This document shows positions 1-8,694 of a stretch of DNA of 64,000 bases, in pieces. Position 1 is the first letter of the stretch. Every line of letters begins with the position of its first letter. Under the pieces are notes generated by a model. That model saw only the letters and a program-made list of their open reading frames with translations, did no database searches and was not told where the DNA came from. Location: positions 787 through 64,786 of the forward strand of contig JAZNYL010000092.1 in NCBI GenBank assembly GCA_045594445.1, written 5' to 3'. A program made the translations under genes and the position numbers. Source of the stretch: Eubacteriales bacterium. Lineage in GTDB: Bacteria > Bacillota > Clostridia > Oscillospirales > CAG-272.

Positions 1-87
1 CCGGGTGAGATGGAGACCGTTAAGCTCGACGCGCAGGTGCTGGCTGAGATCGGCACGGGCGAGATCAGCATCGGATTGGAGGTTTAA
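1..87 (+). CDS. 3' end of an upstream CDS. Product not determinable; possibly the FAD-dependent oxidoreductase that commonly precedes DUF1667 genes.
   Basis: Frame 1 is open from base 1 to TAA at 85-87 (...VLAEIGTGEISIGLEV*). The next ORF starts 3 nt later, which is operon-style packing. Identity is inferred from context only. Confidence 0.35.
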   Translation, partial: PGEMETVKLDAQVLAEIGTGEISIGLEV

Positions 88-90
88 GTC

Positions 91-447
91 GTGGCAAACG
101 TAAGAGAAATGACTTGTATTATATGTCCTCGCGGTTGTCAGATGACCGTGGAATACGAGGGCAAAACCGTTTTGTCTGTCAAAGGCAACGCTTGCAAGAG
201 AGGCAACGATTACGCTGTTGCCGAGTGTACTTGCCCCACAAGAACTTTGACCACCACGGTTATGACCGAGAGCGGTGAGGTGGTGGCTGTGAAATCCAAT
301 AAGGCAATTCCGAAAGAGCTTTTGTTTGACGCGATGAAGCAGATCAACGCACTTCGCATCAAGAATGACATGCGTCAGGGTGACGTTGTCGTAGCCAATA
401 TTCTTGACACGGGAGCGGATATCGTCGTTACGTCCTATATTGAGTAA
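91..447 (+). CDS. DUF1667 domain-containing small Cys-rich protein
   Basis: 118-aa ORF with a GTG start. The Cys-rich N-terminus (CIICPRGC...GNACKRG...ECTCP) and the size are typical of DUF1667 proteins encoded after GlpA-like FAD oxidoreductases. Confidence 0.7.
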   Translation: MANVREMTCIICPRGCQMTVEYEGKTVLSVKGNACKRGNDYAVAECTCPTRTLTTTVMTESGEVVAVKSNKAIPKELLFDAMKQINALRIKNDMRQGDVVVANILDTGADIVVTSYIE

Positions 448-458
448 AGGAGAATTCC

Positions 459-2147
459 ATGAAGCAATATAAGAATTATGCAAACGGCCCTTTGATGGCC
501 ACAGATGCTTTGGACAGAAAAACCGCTGACCGAGAAAATGCTCCGGCACGCAGAGAAAACCGCCTTGTTGGTATGTTTTATTTTCTGTGGCTTGGCGAGC
601 ACGGCAGACATAAGCCTTACGATATCTCCAAGATCACAGCCGAGCATCCTGACGCGGGACAGCATCCGGATGCGGATTACTGGGGCGGTATCGGCACCTA
701 TCACCATTGGGGAGAGCCCTTCTATGGCTACTATTATTCAGACGACGAATGGGTAGTGCGCCGCCACATGAAGCTGCTGATTCAGGCGGACGTTGACTTT
801 TTATTCTTTGATACCACAAACGCCTGCATCTACGAGCATAACGTCAAGCTTGTCATGCGCGTGCTGGACGAATATGCTCAAGACGGTTGGAAGATCCCCA
901 AGGTCATGTTCTATACCAACACTCATTCGGGCAAGACGGTACAGGAGATTTACGACAAGATTTACGCGGCAAAGTATTGCCCGGACACTTGGTTCTATTT
1001 TGAAGGCAAGCCCGTTATCATCGCGGTTGAGGAGGAATGCTCGCCCGAGTGCAGAGAATTCTTCAATATTAAAATGTCTCAATGGCCCAACGAGCCCGAT
1101 AAACTTGGCGGCTGGCCTTGGATGGACTTTACCCGTCCGCAGCGCGTGTTTGCAAATCTGAAGGGTGAGGACGAGGTGATCAACGTCTCTGTTGCCCAGC
1201 ATCCGCAGCTGCGCTTTGGCGACTCGGTGATGTATGGCGAGACCGATAACAACGGCCGCGGCTTCCACGATATGCATAACGATCCTGATCCGGATGCCTA
1301 CCTGCACGGCTACAATTTCGCCGAGCAGTTTGAGCGCGCCATCGAGACCGATCCGCCCATCGTGCTTGTCACGGGCTGGAACGAATGGATCGCAGGCCAT
1401 TGGCAGGGCATTCCCGAGCGTCCTATCATGTTCGTGGATTGCGCAAACTATGAATACAGCCGCGATATTGAAATGATGCGCGGAGGATATTTTGACAATT
1501 ATTTCATGCAGCTGGTGGACTACGTCCGTAAGTACAAGGGCGTGGACGACTACGACACCTTTGCCGAGCTTGCGCCGGTCGATTATTACAACGATTCCGA
1601 GCAGGATGAGGCCGAGGAGGTCTGGGCGGAGTACCATAATTTCTCTGACGGCGACTTTGCAAGATGCGCGCAAGGCTCCGGCACGGTGTATGAAAACCGC
1701 ACCCAGCGCAACGCCATTACGGGTATGACAGTCAGCCATGACGACGATTTTATCTATTTCGGCATTGTGACCAAGGATGAGATCAAGCCTTGGGACGGAC
1801 AGGGAAGCTGGATGAAGATCTACCTCAATACCGACGGCGGTAAGGAGTATCAGTACGTGCTCAATAACAAGCCGTACAACGATCACAAGAGCACCGTGGC
1901 CGTGATTGTGGACGGTCTGCGCGCTGCAGATTTCGGTGACGTGGTTTACAGATGCTCGGGCAATATGCTGCTGGTGATCGCACCTCGCGCGGTGCTTGGG
2001 CTTGACCGCGATGATTTCACGGTTTGGTTCAAGGCAGCCGACAGCACCGAGGAGCTGACGAGCATTGAAGACTTTTACGATAAGGGTGATGCCGCACCTC
2101 TGGGCAGACTCAACTACGTTTACAGAGGCACTAAGAATAAGAACTAA
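459..2147 (+). CDS. Cytoplasmic glycoside-hydrolase-like protein (TIM-barrel type, GH99/GH71-like resemblance) with a C-terminal beta-sandwich-like tail
   Basis: 562-aa ORF with AAGGAG upstream of the ATG and no signal peptide. The blocks FYFLWLGEHG and HHWGEPFYGYYYSDDEWVVRRHMKLLIQADVDFLFFDTTN resemble glycosidase-like TIM barrels. The family was assigned from memory and not verified. Confidence 0.45.
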   Translation: MKQYKNYANGPLMATDALDRKTADRENAPARRENRLVGMFYFLWLGEHGRHKPYDISKITAEHPDAGQHPDADYWGGIGTYHHWGEPFYGYYYSDDEWVVRRHMKLLIQADVDFLFFDTTNACIYEHNVKLVMRVLDEYAQDGWKIPKVMFYTNTHSGKTVQEIYDKIYAAKYCPDTWFYFEGKPVIIAVEEECSPECREFFNIKMSQWPNEPDKLGGWPWMDFTRPQRVFANLKGEDEVINVSVAQHPQLRFGDSVMYGETDNNGRGFHDMHNDPDPDAYLHGYNFAEQFERAIETDPPIVLVTGWNEWIAGHWQGIPERPIMFVDCANYEYSRDIEMMRGGYFDNYFMQLVDYVRKYKGVDDYDTFAELAPVDYYNDSEQDEAEEVWAEYHNFSDGDFARCAQGSGTVYENRTQRNAITGMTVSHDDDFIYFGIVTKDEIKPWDGQGSWMKIYLNTDGGKEYQYVLNNKPYNDHKSTVAVIVDGLRAADFGDVVYRCSGNMLLVIAPRAVLGLDRDDFTVWFKAADSTEELTSIEDFYDKGDAAPLGRLNYVYRGTKNKN

Positions 2148-2159
2148 GAAGGTAGAAGT

Positions 2160-3320
2160 ATGACCAAGATTGATATTTTTTCAGGCTTTCTGGGTGCGGG
2201 TAAGACCACGCTGATCAAAAAAATGATTGAGGAGGCCTACAAGGGTGAAAAGCTGGTGCTGATTGAGAACGAATTCGGTGAGATCGGCATTGACGGCGGA
2301 TTTCTGGCAGAGGCCGGCATTCAGATCAATGAAATGAATTCGGGCTGCATCTGCTGCTCGCTGGTTGGTGATTTCGGCAAGGCTTTGACACAGGTGCTGG
2401 AGCAGTACGCTCCCGACAGAATTCTGATCGAGCCCTCGGGTGTCGGCAAGCTGTCTGACGTAATCAGAGCGGTGCAGAATCTGGAAATCGAGGGTGCAGA
2501 GCTCAACGCGTTCACCACCGTGGTGGATGCAGGCAAGTGCAAGATGTATATGAAGAACTTTGGCGAGTTTTTCAACGATCAGGTTGCAAATGCAGGCTGC
2601 ATCGTGCTCTCGCATACAGGCGCGGCAAGCGAGAAAAAGATCGCGGATTGCGTTTCCATGCTGCGCCAGCATAACCAAACCGCCACCATTGTCACCACCG
2701 ATTGGGACGATTTGAGCGCAGAGCAGCTGCTGGAGGCTATGGAGCGCAAGGACACCCTTGAAGCCGAGCTTGAAAGACTGGCGAACGCGCATCACGAACA
2801 CGGGCATCACCACCATCATCACCATGATGAGGATTGCGATTGCGGCTGCCACGATCACGAGCATGAGCATCATCACCATCACGATCACGACGAGCATTGC
2901 GAATGCGGCTGCCACGATCATGAGCACGAGCATGAGCATGAGCATCATCACCATCACGAGCATCACGATCATGAAGAAGGCTGCAGCTGCGGTTGCGGCG
3001 GGCATCACCACCATCACCACGCTGACGAGGTGTTTGTCAGCGCGGGTGCCGAAACCACGGCAAAGTTCAACGCGCAAAAGCTCGCAGAGCAACTTGAAGA
3101 GCTTTGCGACGAGGGCAAATACGGTATTGTGCTGCGTGCCAAGGGCATTGTTGCAGGCGACGACGGTAGCTGGATCCACTTTGACTACGTGCCCGGTGAG
3201 CCCGATATCCGTACGGGTGCTGCCGGCATCATCGGCCGCCTTTGCGTGATCGGCTCGCGACTTGACATTGAAGCTATCGGCAATCTGCTTGGCGTAGAGC
3301 TTAAGCGTTCGGAGGGCTGA
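2160..3320 (+). CDS. COG0523/CobW-family G3E GTPase (putative metallochaperone) with a long His/Cys-rich insertion
   Basis: Walker A GFLGAGKTT near the N-terminus and the CXCC metal motif (GCICCS). A His/Asp/Glu/Cys-rich insertion is encoded at 2790-3020, ahead of a CobW_C-like tail (GIVLRAKGIV...WIHFDYV). Confidence 0.85.
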   Translation: MTKIDIFSGFLGAGKTTLIKKMIEEAYKGEKLVLIENEFGEIGIDGGFLAEAGIQINEMNSGCICCSLVGDFGKALTQVLEQYAPDRILIEPSGVGKLSDVIRAVQNLEIEGAELNAFTTVVDAGKCKMYMKNFGEFFNDQVANAGCIVLSHTGAASEKKIADCVSMLRQHNQTATIVTTDWDDLSAEQLLEAMERKDTLEAELERLANAHHEHGHHHHHHHDEDCDCGCHDHEHEHHHHHDHDEHCECGCHDHEHEHEHEHHHHHEHHDHEEGCSCGCGGHHHHHHADEVFVSAGAETTAKFNAQKLAEQLEELCDEGKYGIVLRAKGIVAGDDGSWIHFDYVPGEPDIRTGAAGIIGRLCVIGSRLDIEAIGNLLGVELKRSEG

Positions 3321-3321
3321 T

Positions 3322-4269
3322 ATGGCAAAAAAGATTCCAGTATATTTGTTTACCGGTTTTCTTGAAGGCGGTAAGACGCACATCATTCAGGAATCCATGG
3401 AGGATCAACGCTTCAATTCCGGAGAAAAGACACTGATCATTCTGTGCGAGGAAGGTGAGGAAGAGCTGGAGATCGATCGCTTTTGGGGCAAGAACTGCTA
3501 CCTTGAGCTGATCGACGATCCCGAAGATCTCAACCGCGACTATCTGACGTTGCTTTATAAAAAGCACAAGATTGACCGCGTGATCATTGAATATAACGGC
3601 ATGTGGCTGCTCTCAAAGCTGTACGAGGCGCTGCCTGCAGATTGGTTTATCTTCCAGAACATGATGTTCGCGGATGCAAACACCTTTCTGACCTATAATG
3701 CAAATATGCGCCAGCTCATGGTGGATAAGCTGCAGGATTGCGAAATGATTGTGCTGAACCGCACGCCCGAGGTCATTGACAAGGAAGAGATTCACCGCGT
3801 GGTGCGCAGCGTCAGCATCCGCGCATCGATCACCTACGATTATCCCGACGGACATGTGGAATACGACGAGATCGAGGATCCGTTGCCCTTTGATATTGAT
3901 GCACCCATCATTGATATCAAAGACGAGGACTACGCGATCTGGTATCGCGACCTTGCCGAGGAAACCGACAAGTATCACGGCAAAACCGTGCGCTTCAAGG
4001 GCATTGTGGCACGTGATCCCAAGCTTGGCAAATCCTCGCTGATCATCGGTCGTCACGTCATGACCTGCTGCGCAGACGATATTGAATATAATGCACTTGT
4101 GTGCAATTTCCCGTCCGCGGTCAATCTCAAAACGCGCGATTGGACTATCGTGACAGCAAAGATCCGAGTGGAATCGCATAAGCTTTACGGCAGACCCGGC
4201 CCCGTTCTGTACGCGGAAAAGACCGAATTTGCCACCAAGCCCACACAAGAGGTTGCAACGTTCTATTGA
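3322..4269 (+). CDS. G3E-GTPase-like N-terminal domain fused to a DUF1980/TIGR03943-like C-terminal domain
   Basis: The ATG lies 1 nt after the upstream stop, with GGAGGG just upstream. The P-loop-like TGFLEGGKTH is present but there is no CXCC motif. The C-terminal GKTVRFKGIV...GRHVMTCCADDIEYNALVC matches the characteristic CC-A-D-D region of DUF1980 proteins. Confidence 0.65.
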   Translation: MAKKIPVYLFTGFLEGGKTHIIQESMEDQRFNSGEKTLIILCEEGEEELEIDRFWGKNCYLELIDDPEDLNRDYLTLLYKKHKIDRVIIEYNGMWLLSKLYEALPADWFIFQNMMFADANTFLTYNANMRQLMVDKLQDCEMIVLNRTPEVIDKEEIHRVVRSVSIRASITYDYPDGHVEYDEIEDPLPFDIDAPIIDIKDEDYAIWYRDLAEETDKYHGKTVRFKGIVARDPKLGKSSLIIGRHVMTCCADDIEYNALVCNFPSAVNLKTRDWTIVTAKIRVESHKLYGRPGPVLYAEKTEFATKPTQEVATFY

Positions 4270-4290
4270 TAAAAACTTCAGGAGGCCGAT

Positions 4291-6255
4291 ATGCGTAAAC
4301 AAATCATAAGAATGCTTTGTATTTTGCTGCTTGGTGCGCTTTTGCTCGGAGCGGTTGCGTGCACGCCTGCACCCGATCAGCCTTCCGAGCAAAGCACACA
4401 AGCATCCACAACGCCCCCCGAGCAGGAACAAACGACCATAGAAGATACTACGGAGTCTTTTCAAGAGACTACACAGGAGGAAAGCAACGTGAAAGCCCCC
4501 AGAGAGGTTGGCGAAAGATATTTCATCTATCGCATTTGGAACTTTACGCCTCAGACACAGGCACAATTCGAAAAAACGGTTGACGCAGCTGCTGCAACCG
4601 GCTTTAACGCCATCAAGGTCCATATTCCGTGGAGTCGCGTAGAAAGCGTTGCAGGGAAGTACGATTACTCCCCCTTTGATCCCATGATAGAATACGTGGT
4701 CAAGACCAAGGGGCTCAAGGTTGCGATTTCCATTGATCTGACGCGCCGCGCAGATGATCAGGTGATCGGTCTTGATCAGATGCAAAGAGACCCCGCGGGC
4801 AATCTTTGCCAGGGCGGCTCAATCGACGGCATGCGTACCGTGATTTCGTTTTGCTCCGAGAGCGCAGTCGGCGCTGCGGTTGCATTTTACGAGGATGCCG
4901 TCAAGCGCTACGACGCCTTGTACGGGCAGGACATCCTGTTTTATCTGCCCGCATTTACGCAGTTTGCAGAAACAGAGTATTGGCCTGCAGGCGAATACGA
5001 TTATTCGGCTCTTGCAAAGAATGCCTTCTGCGCATTCCTGCGCGAAAAATATGCCGATATTGACGCGTTGAATACGGTGCTTGGTACATCCTATTCGGAT
5101 TTTTCCGAGGTAGAGCCGCCTTCCTGCACCGCATCGGATAACCTTGGCGTGCTTTGGTATCAGTTCCGCCATCAAAAGCTCAAGGGCTTTATTGATGCGT
5201 TAGCCTTTGCGCAAAAGGGTGCAGCACCCGAGTCCAAGCTCGCGCTGCAGTTCGGCAGCCACTTTGATGCGGCGTCCTTGCTCAGGTGCACGCTCAATGC
5301 GGGAGACCTTGCAGAGAATGCAGACGTGGTATGGATCGATGACGGACCTATTTCCGAGCACGAATTTTCCATGGACTACGCGGATGCAACCTTTGCTCCA
5401 AGCGTACTGCTTGCACAGGAGATCGACGGCCCGCTTCAGGTTGGCGCGACGCCTGAAAAGTATCTTGAGCAGGGCATGGACGCGTATTCCCGCGGCTGTA
5501 CCTACCTCAGCATTGCAAACTGGTCGATCGACGCAGATTATGAAAGCTACAAGTGGGTATGGGAGCAGCTGGCAAGCACATGGCTTGGTGACAATCCGCC
5601 CCCTGTTATAGATACTACGGATACCAGCATTCAAATGGAAGTCAAGCTTTCCCAGATGCTGCGCAGAGGAAATCCGTATGCGTATATGACCGAGTATTAC
5701 AATATTGCCCCCAATGGAGAGTATGTCAATATTCACGTGATCAACGACCTGACCGCCGTTGCGGTAGACAAGCCGCAGAGTGTGTTCTCGTTCCCGGGTG
5801 GATATTCCACCGAGCAAGGCAAGGGCGGCTGGTATTACATGTGCGCACAGCCAAGAAAAGAGAAACTGTACGAAATGACCTACGATGCTGCCAACGGACG
5901 CTGGCAGGGAAAATCAACTTATACGCTGATCATGGCTGCTGCCGTGCATCCGGATTCGTATGATACCGTGCTTGCCTTTAAAGCGCCTGCGGACGGTAAG
6001 ATCCACTATACCTTCAACGTCAGCGTGACGTCACCCGAGAGCGACGGCATCAGATACCGCGTTATGCACGAGCAGACTGCCATGTCGCAGGGTGACAAGT
6101 ACGGATACGTACACGTTCCTTACGGCACCATTGGACAGGATACGATTGAAATCACGGTCAAGCAGGGCGATATGATCTGGATTGCGATCAATCCCGGAGA
6201 AACCACCGCTTACGACAGTACCGCACTTTCCGTAGAAATCGAATATGTTGAATAA
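4291..6255 (+). CDS. Lipoprotein, putative glycoside hydrolase (GH42/GH35-like TIM-barrel N-terminal half)
   Basis: Signal peptide with lipobox (LLLGAVAC) followed by a Thr/Gln/Glu-rich linker. The block GFNAIKVHIPWSRVESVAGKYDYSPFDPMIEYVVKTKGLKV resembles GH42-type barrels. SD is AGGAGG. Confidence 0.55.
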   Translation: MRKQIIRMLCILLLGALLLGAVACTPAPDQPSEQSTQASTTPPEQEQTTIEDTTESFQETTQEESNVKAPREVGERYFIYRIWNFTPQTQAQFEKTVDAAAATGFNAIKVHIPWSRVESVAGKYDYSPFDPMIEYVVKTKGLKVAISIDLTRRADDQVIGLDQMQRDPAGNLCQGGSIDGMRTVISFCSESAVGAAVAFYEDAVKRYDALYGQDILFYLPAFTQFAETEYWPAGEYDYSALAKNAFCAFLREKYADIDALNTVLGTSYSDFSEVEPPSCTASDNLGVLWYQFRHQKLKGFIDALAFAQKGAAPESKLALQFGSHFDAASLLRCTLNAGDLAENADVVWIDDGPISEHEFSMDYADATFAPSVLLAQEIDGPLQVGATPEKYLEQGMDAYSRGCTYLSIANWSIDADYESYKWVWEQLASTWLGDNPPPVIDTTDTSIQMEVKLSQMLRRGNPYAYMTEYYNIAPNGEYVNIHVINDLTAVAVDKPQSVFSFPGGYSTEQGKGGWYYMCAQPRKEKLYEMTYDAANGRWQGKSTYTLIMAAAVHPDSYDTVLAFKAPADGKIHYTFNVSVTSPESDGIRYRVMHEQTAMSQGDKYGYVHVPYGTIGQDTIEITVKQGDMIWIAINPGETTAYDSTALSVEIEYVE

Positions 6256-6260
6256 ATATT

Positions 6261-6291
6261 GGCACACCTGCCGTCGCAGGTGTGCCTTTTT
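6261..6291 (+). terminator. Rho-independent terminator ending the 91-6255 operon
   Basis: GGCACACCTGC-cgtc-GCAGGTGTGCC followed by TTTTT, starting 6 nt after the stop codon. Confidence 0.85.
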
Positions 6292-6344
6292 CAGAGAATT
6301 CTTTGGCATTCCCTTGGTAATTTTATGATGTTTTTGCAAAACGG

Positions 6345-6373
6345 TTGACATTTTAAATAAATAATGCTATAAT
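6345..6373 (+). promoter_or_regulatory. Sigma-A-type promoter
   Basis: TTGACA (6345-6350), a 17-nt spacer, then TATAAT (6368-6373) with a TG extension (aTGcTATAAT). It lies about 50 nt upstream of the 6425 start. Confidence 0.65.
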
Positions 6374-6424
6374 GATAGAAGTTTTCCAAAACACGATATT
6401 TTACAGAAAGGAACAGCATTCACA

Positions 6425-7234
6425 ATGAAACATTATATCAAATTGATCTCTGTGCTTCTTGTATTGCTGATGACGGTAACTGTCATTGCTGCGTGCAGCA
6501 ATGACGGCGATAATAAAAATGACCCCAAGGAAAGCGAAAGCGAAACCGAGACTGAGCACGAGGTAGAAACTGAGCAGCCGATCACGCAGGAAGACGTTGA
6601 TCAGCTCAAGAGCGATATGTCAACTTCAATTCTGGAAGCGCTTGAGAATGCACAGCAAACCACCGAAGAATCCGAAACCTCGGACAAGGAAAGCGGCACC
6701 GATTATGCAGGCGTCGTAGAAGGATTGCTCGGTTCACTCGAGGGTCTTGGCAATGGGGATTATGATTATTCCAAGATCATCGGCGAGGTATTGGACCAGT
6801 ACATAGGCAGCGACGGCACGTCGGATTTTCTGACAGGCCTGATCATGAACTGGATTCAGAACAGCATGACGCCTTCGATCCCCGGAATCACTCTTCCCGA
6901 GCAATCAACAAGCGAGCCCGCTGCAGATGAAACTGCTCCCGAGGAGCAAACCACAGAGGCGCCCGCCACGGAAGAACCCACGACAGAGCAGGTCACCGAG
7001 CCTTCCGTCGGAGGCAACGTGGAATCTCTGCGTGATTACGTCGCGCACAAAACGGCTGAAGCCATTACAGACGCCATTATCGAGCGAATCAACGAAGTTG
7101 CAAACGGCACGCTTCGTGATACGATTTACGATGCAGTTTATGAATCCATGTCGGGCAACGGCGGATTTATGGACGACCTGATTGGTGAGAGTATTCCGGG
7201 CTTTGGCGGCAATTGGGGCGGCTTTACACAGTAA
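6425..7234 (+). CDS. Highly acidic, low-complexity lipoprotein of unknown function
   Basis: Signal peptide with lipobox (VIAAC). Glu/Thr/Ser/Asp-rich stretches flank two short structured-looking segments. No family recognised. Confidence 0.6.
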   Translation: MKHYIKLISVLLVLLMTVTVIAACSNDGDNKNDPKESESETETEHEVETEQPITQEDVDQLKSDMSTSILEALENAQQTTEESETSDKESGTDYAGVVEGLLGSLEGLGNGDYDYSKIIGEVLDQYIGSDGTSDFLTGLIMNWIQNSMTPSIPGITLPEQSTSEPAADETAPEEQTTEAPATEEPTTEQVTEPSVGGNVESLRDYVAHKTAEAITDAIIERINEVANGTLRDTIYDAVYESMSGNGGFMDDLIGESIPGFGGNWGGFTQ

Positions 7235-7254
7235 AAATTTCAAGGAGTTATATC

Positions 7255-8649
7255 ATGAAACGTGATTTGATCAGAAGCATTTATGAGGATATGCAGGCCT
7301 ATTCCGGCAAGCAGGTCGTGCTTGGCGGTTGGGCAAGAAGCATTCGTGACAGCAAGGCGTTCGGCTTTATTGATCTCAACGACGGCTCGTATTTTGCCGG
7401 CGCGCAGATCGTTTTTGAGCGCGAAAAGATTGATAACTACCAGGAGATCGCAAAGCAGAACGTAGGTGCTGCTTTGGTAGTCACCGGTATTGTGGAGCTG
7501 ACTCCCGAGATGAAGCAGCCCTTTGAGATCAAGGCTATTTCGGTTGAGGTAGAAGGAACCTCCACACCCGATTATCCGCTGCAGAAGAAGCGTCACACCG
7601 TAGAATATCTGCGCGAGCAGGCGTATCTGCGTCCCAGAACAAACCTGTTCTCGGCCGTATTCCGCGTACGCAGCGAGGTTGCTTACGCCATCCACACCTT
7701 CTTCCACGAGCGCGGTTTCGTGTACGTACACACCCCTCTGATCACCGGCTCCGACTGCGAGGGCGCAGGCGAGATGTTCCGCGTGACCACCATGGATATG
7801 ACCAATCCTCCTATGACCGAGGACGGCAAGATCGACTGGTCGCAGGATTTCTTTGGTAAATCCACCAACCTGACCGTATCCGGCCAGCTGGAGGGCGAGA
7901 CCTACGCAATGGCGTACGGCAACATCTATACCTTTGGCCCCACCTTCCGTGCAGAGAATTCCAACACCGCGCGTCACGCAGCAGAGTTCTGGATGATCGA
8001 GCCGGAGATCGCTTTTGCTGATTTGAACGACGATATGCAGCTTGCATGGGATATGATCCAGTATATCATCAAGCACGTGCTGAAGAACTGCGAACGCGAG
8101 CTGTCCTTCTTCAACAGCTTTGTGGACAAGTCTCTGCTGGAAAGACTCAACACGCTGGCGCAGAGCGAGTATAAGAGAGTGACCTACACAGAGGCAGTTG
8201 AGCTGCTTTCCAAGTCGGGTGCAGACTTCAAGTATCCCGTTGCATGGGGCTGCGATTTGCAGACCGAGCACGAAAGATACTTGACCGAGCAGGTTTACGG
8301 CTGTCCCGTATTCGTCACCGACTATCCCAAGGAGATTAAATCCTTCTATATGAGACTCAACGACGACGGCAAGACGGTTGCCGCTATGGACCTGCTGGTT
8401 CCCGGCGTTGGCGAGATCATTGGCGGTAGCCAGAGAGAAGAGAGACTTGACGTGCTGCTCCAAAGAATGGCTGAGTGCAACCTGGATCCCGAGGATTACT
8501 GGTGGTACGTCAACTTGCGCAAGTACGGCGGCACCAAGCACGCGGGCTACGGTCTGGGCTTTGAACGTATTATCATGTACCTGACCGGTGTTTCCAACAT
8601 CCGTGATGTCATTCCTTATCCCAGAACGGTCGGCAACGCAGAATACTAA
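7255..8649 (+). CDS. asnS: Asparagine--tRNA ligase
   Basis: Class IIb aaRS blocks are present ([36 protein letters not shown]) and the length is about 464 aa. I chose the ATG at 7255 preceded by AGGAG. The 7213 start in the ORF track overlaps the upstream gene. Confidence 0.95.
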   Translation: MKRDLIRSIYEDMQAYSGKQVVLGGWARSIRDSKAFGFIDLNDGSYFAGAQIVFEREKIDNYQEIAKQNVGAALVVTGIVELTPEMKQPFEIKAISVEVEGTSTPDYPLQKKRHTVEYLREQAYLRPRTNLFSAVFRVRSEVAYAIHTFFHERGFVYVHTPLITGSDCEGAGEMFRVTTMDMTNPPMTEDGKIDWSQDFFGKSTNLTVSGQLEGETYAMAYGNIYTFGPTFRAENSNTARHAAEFWMIEPEIAFADLNDDMQLAWDMIQYIIKHVLKNCERELSFFNSFVDKSLLERLNTLAQSEYKRVTYTEAVELLSKSGADFKYPVAWGCDLQTEHERYLTEQVYGCPVFVTDYPKEIKSFYMRLNDDGKTVAAMDLLVPGVGEIIGGSQREERLDVLLQRMAECNLDPEDYWWYVNLRKYGGTKHAGYGLGFERIIMYLTGVSNIRDVIPYPRTVGNAEY

Positions 8650-8660
8650 TCAAAAAATAA

Positions 8661-8686
8661 AGCAGACGAAAGAAATTTCGTCTGCT
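8661..8686. terminator. Bidirectional rho-independent terminator between convergent asnS and the AEC transporter gene
   Basis: AGCAGACGAAA-gaaa-TTTCGTCTGCT, flanked by an A-run upstream and a T-rich tract downstream. Confidence 0.85.
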
Positions 8687-8694
8687 TTATTTGT

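Noticed and set aside
2790-3020. CAT/CAC-rich repetitive DNA, considered as a possible microsatellite or CRISPR-like array
   Set aside because: It is in frame within a well-supported CDS and encodes His/Cys motifs. There is no repeat-spacer periodicity and there are no flanking cas genes.
2181-3386. 401-aa minus-strand ORF with MVMMVVM-type repeats
   Set aside because: It is the mirror image of the His-run (CAT/CAC read as ATG/GTG on the opposite strand) inside the COG0523 gene, not an independent gene.
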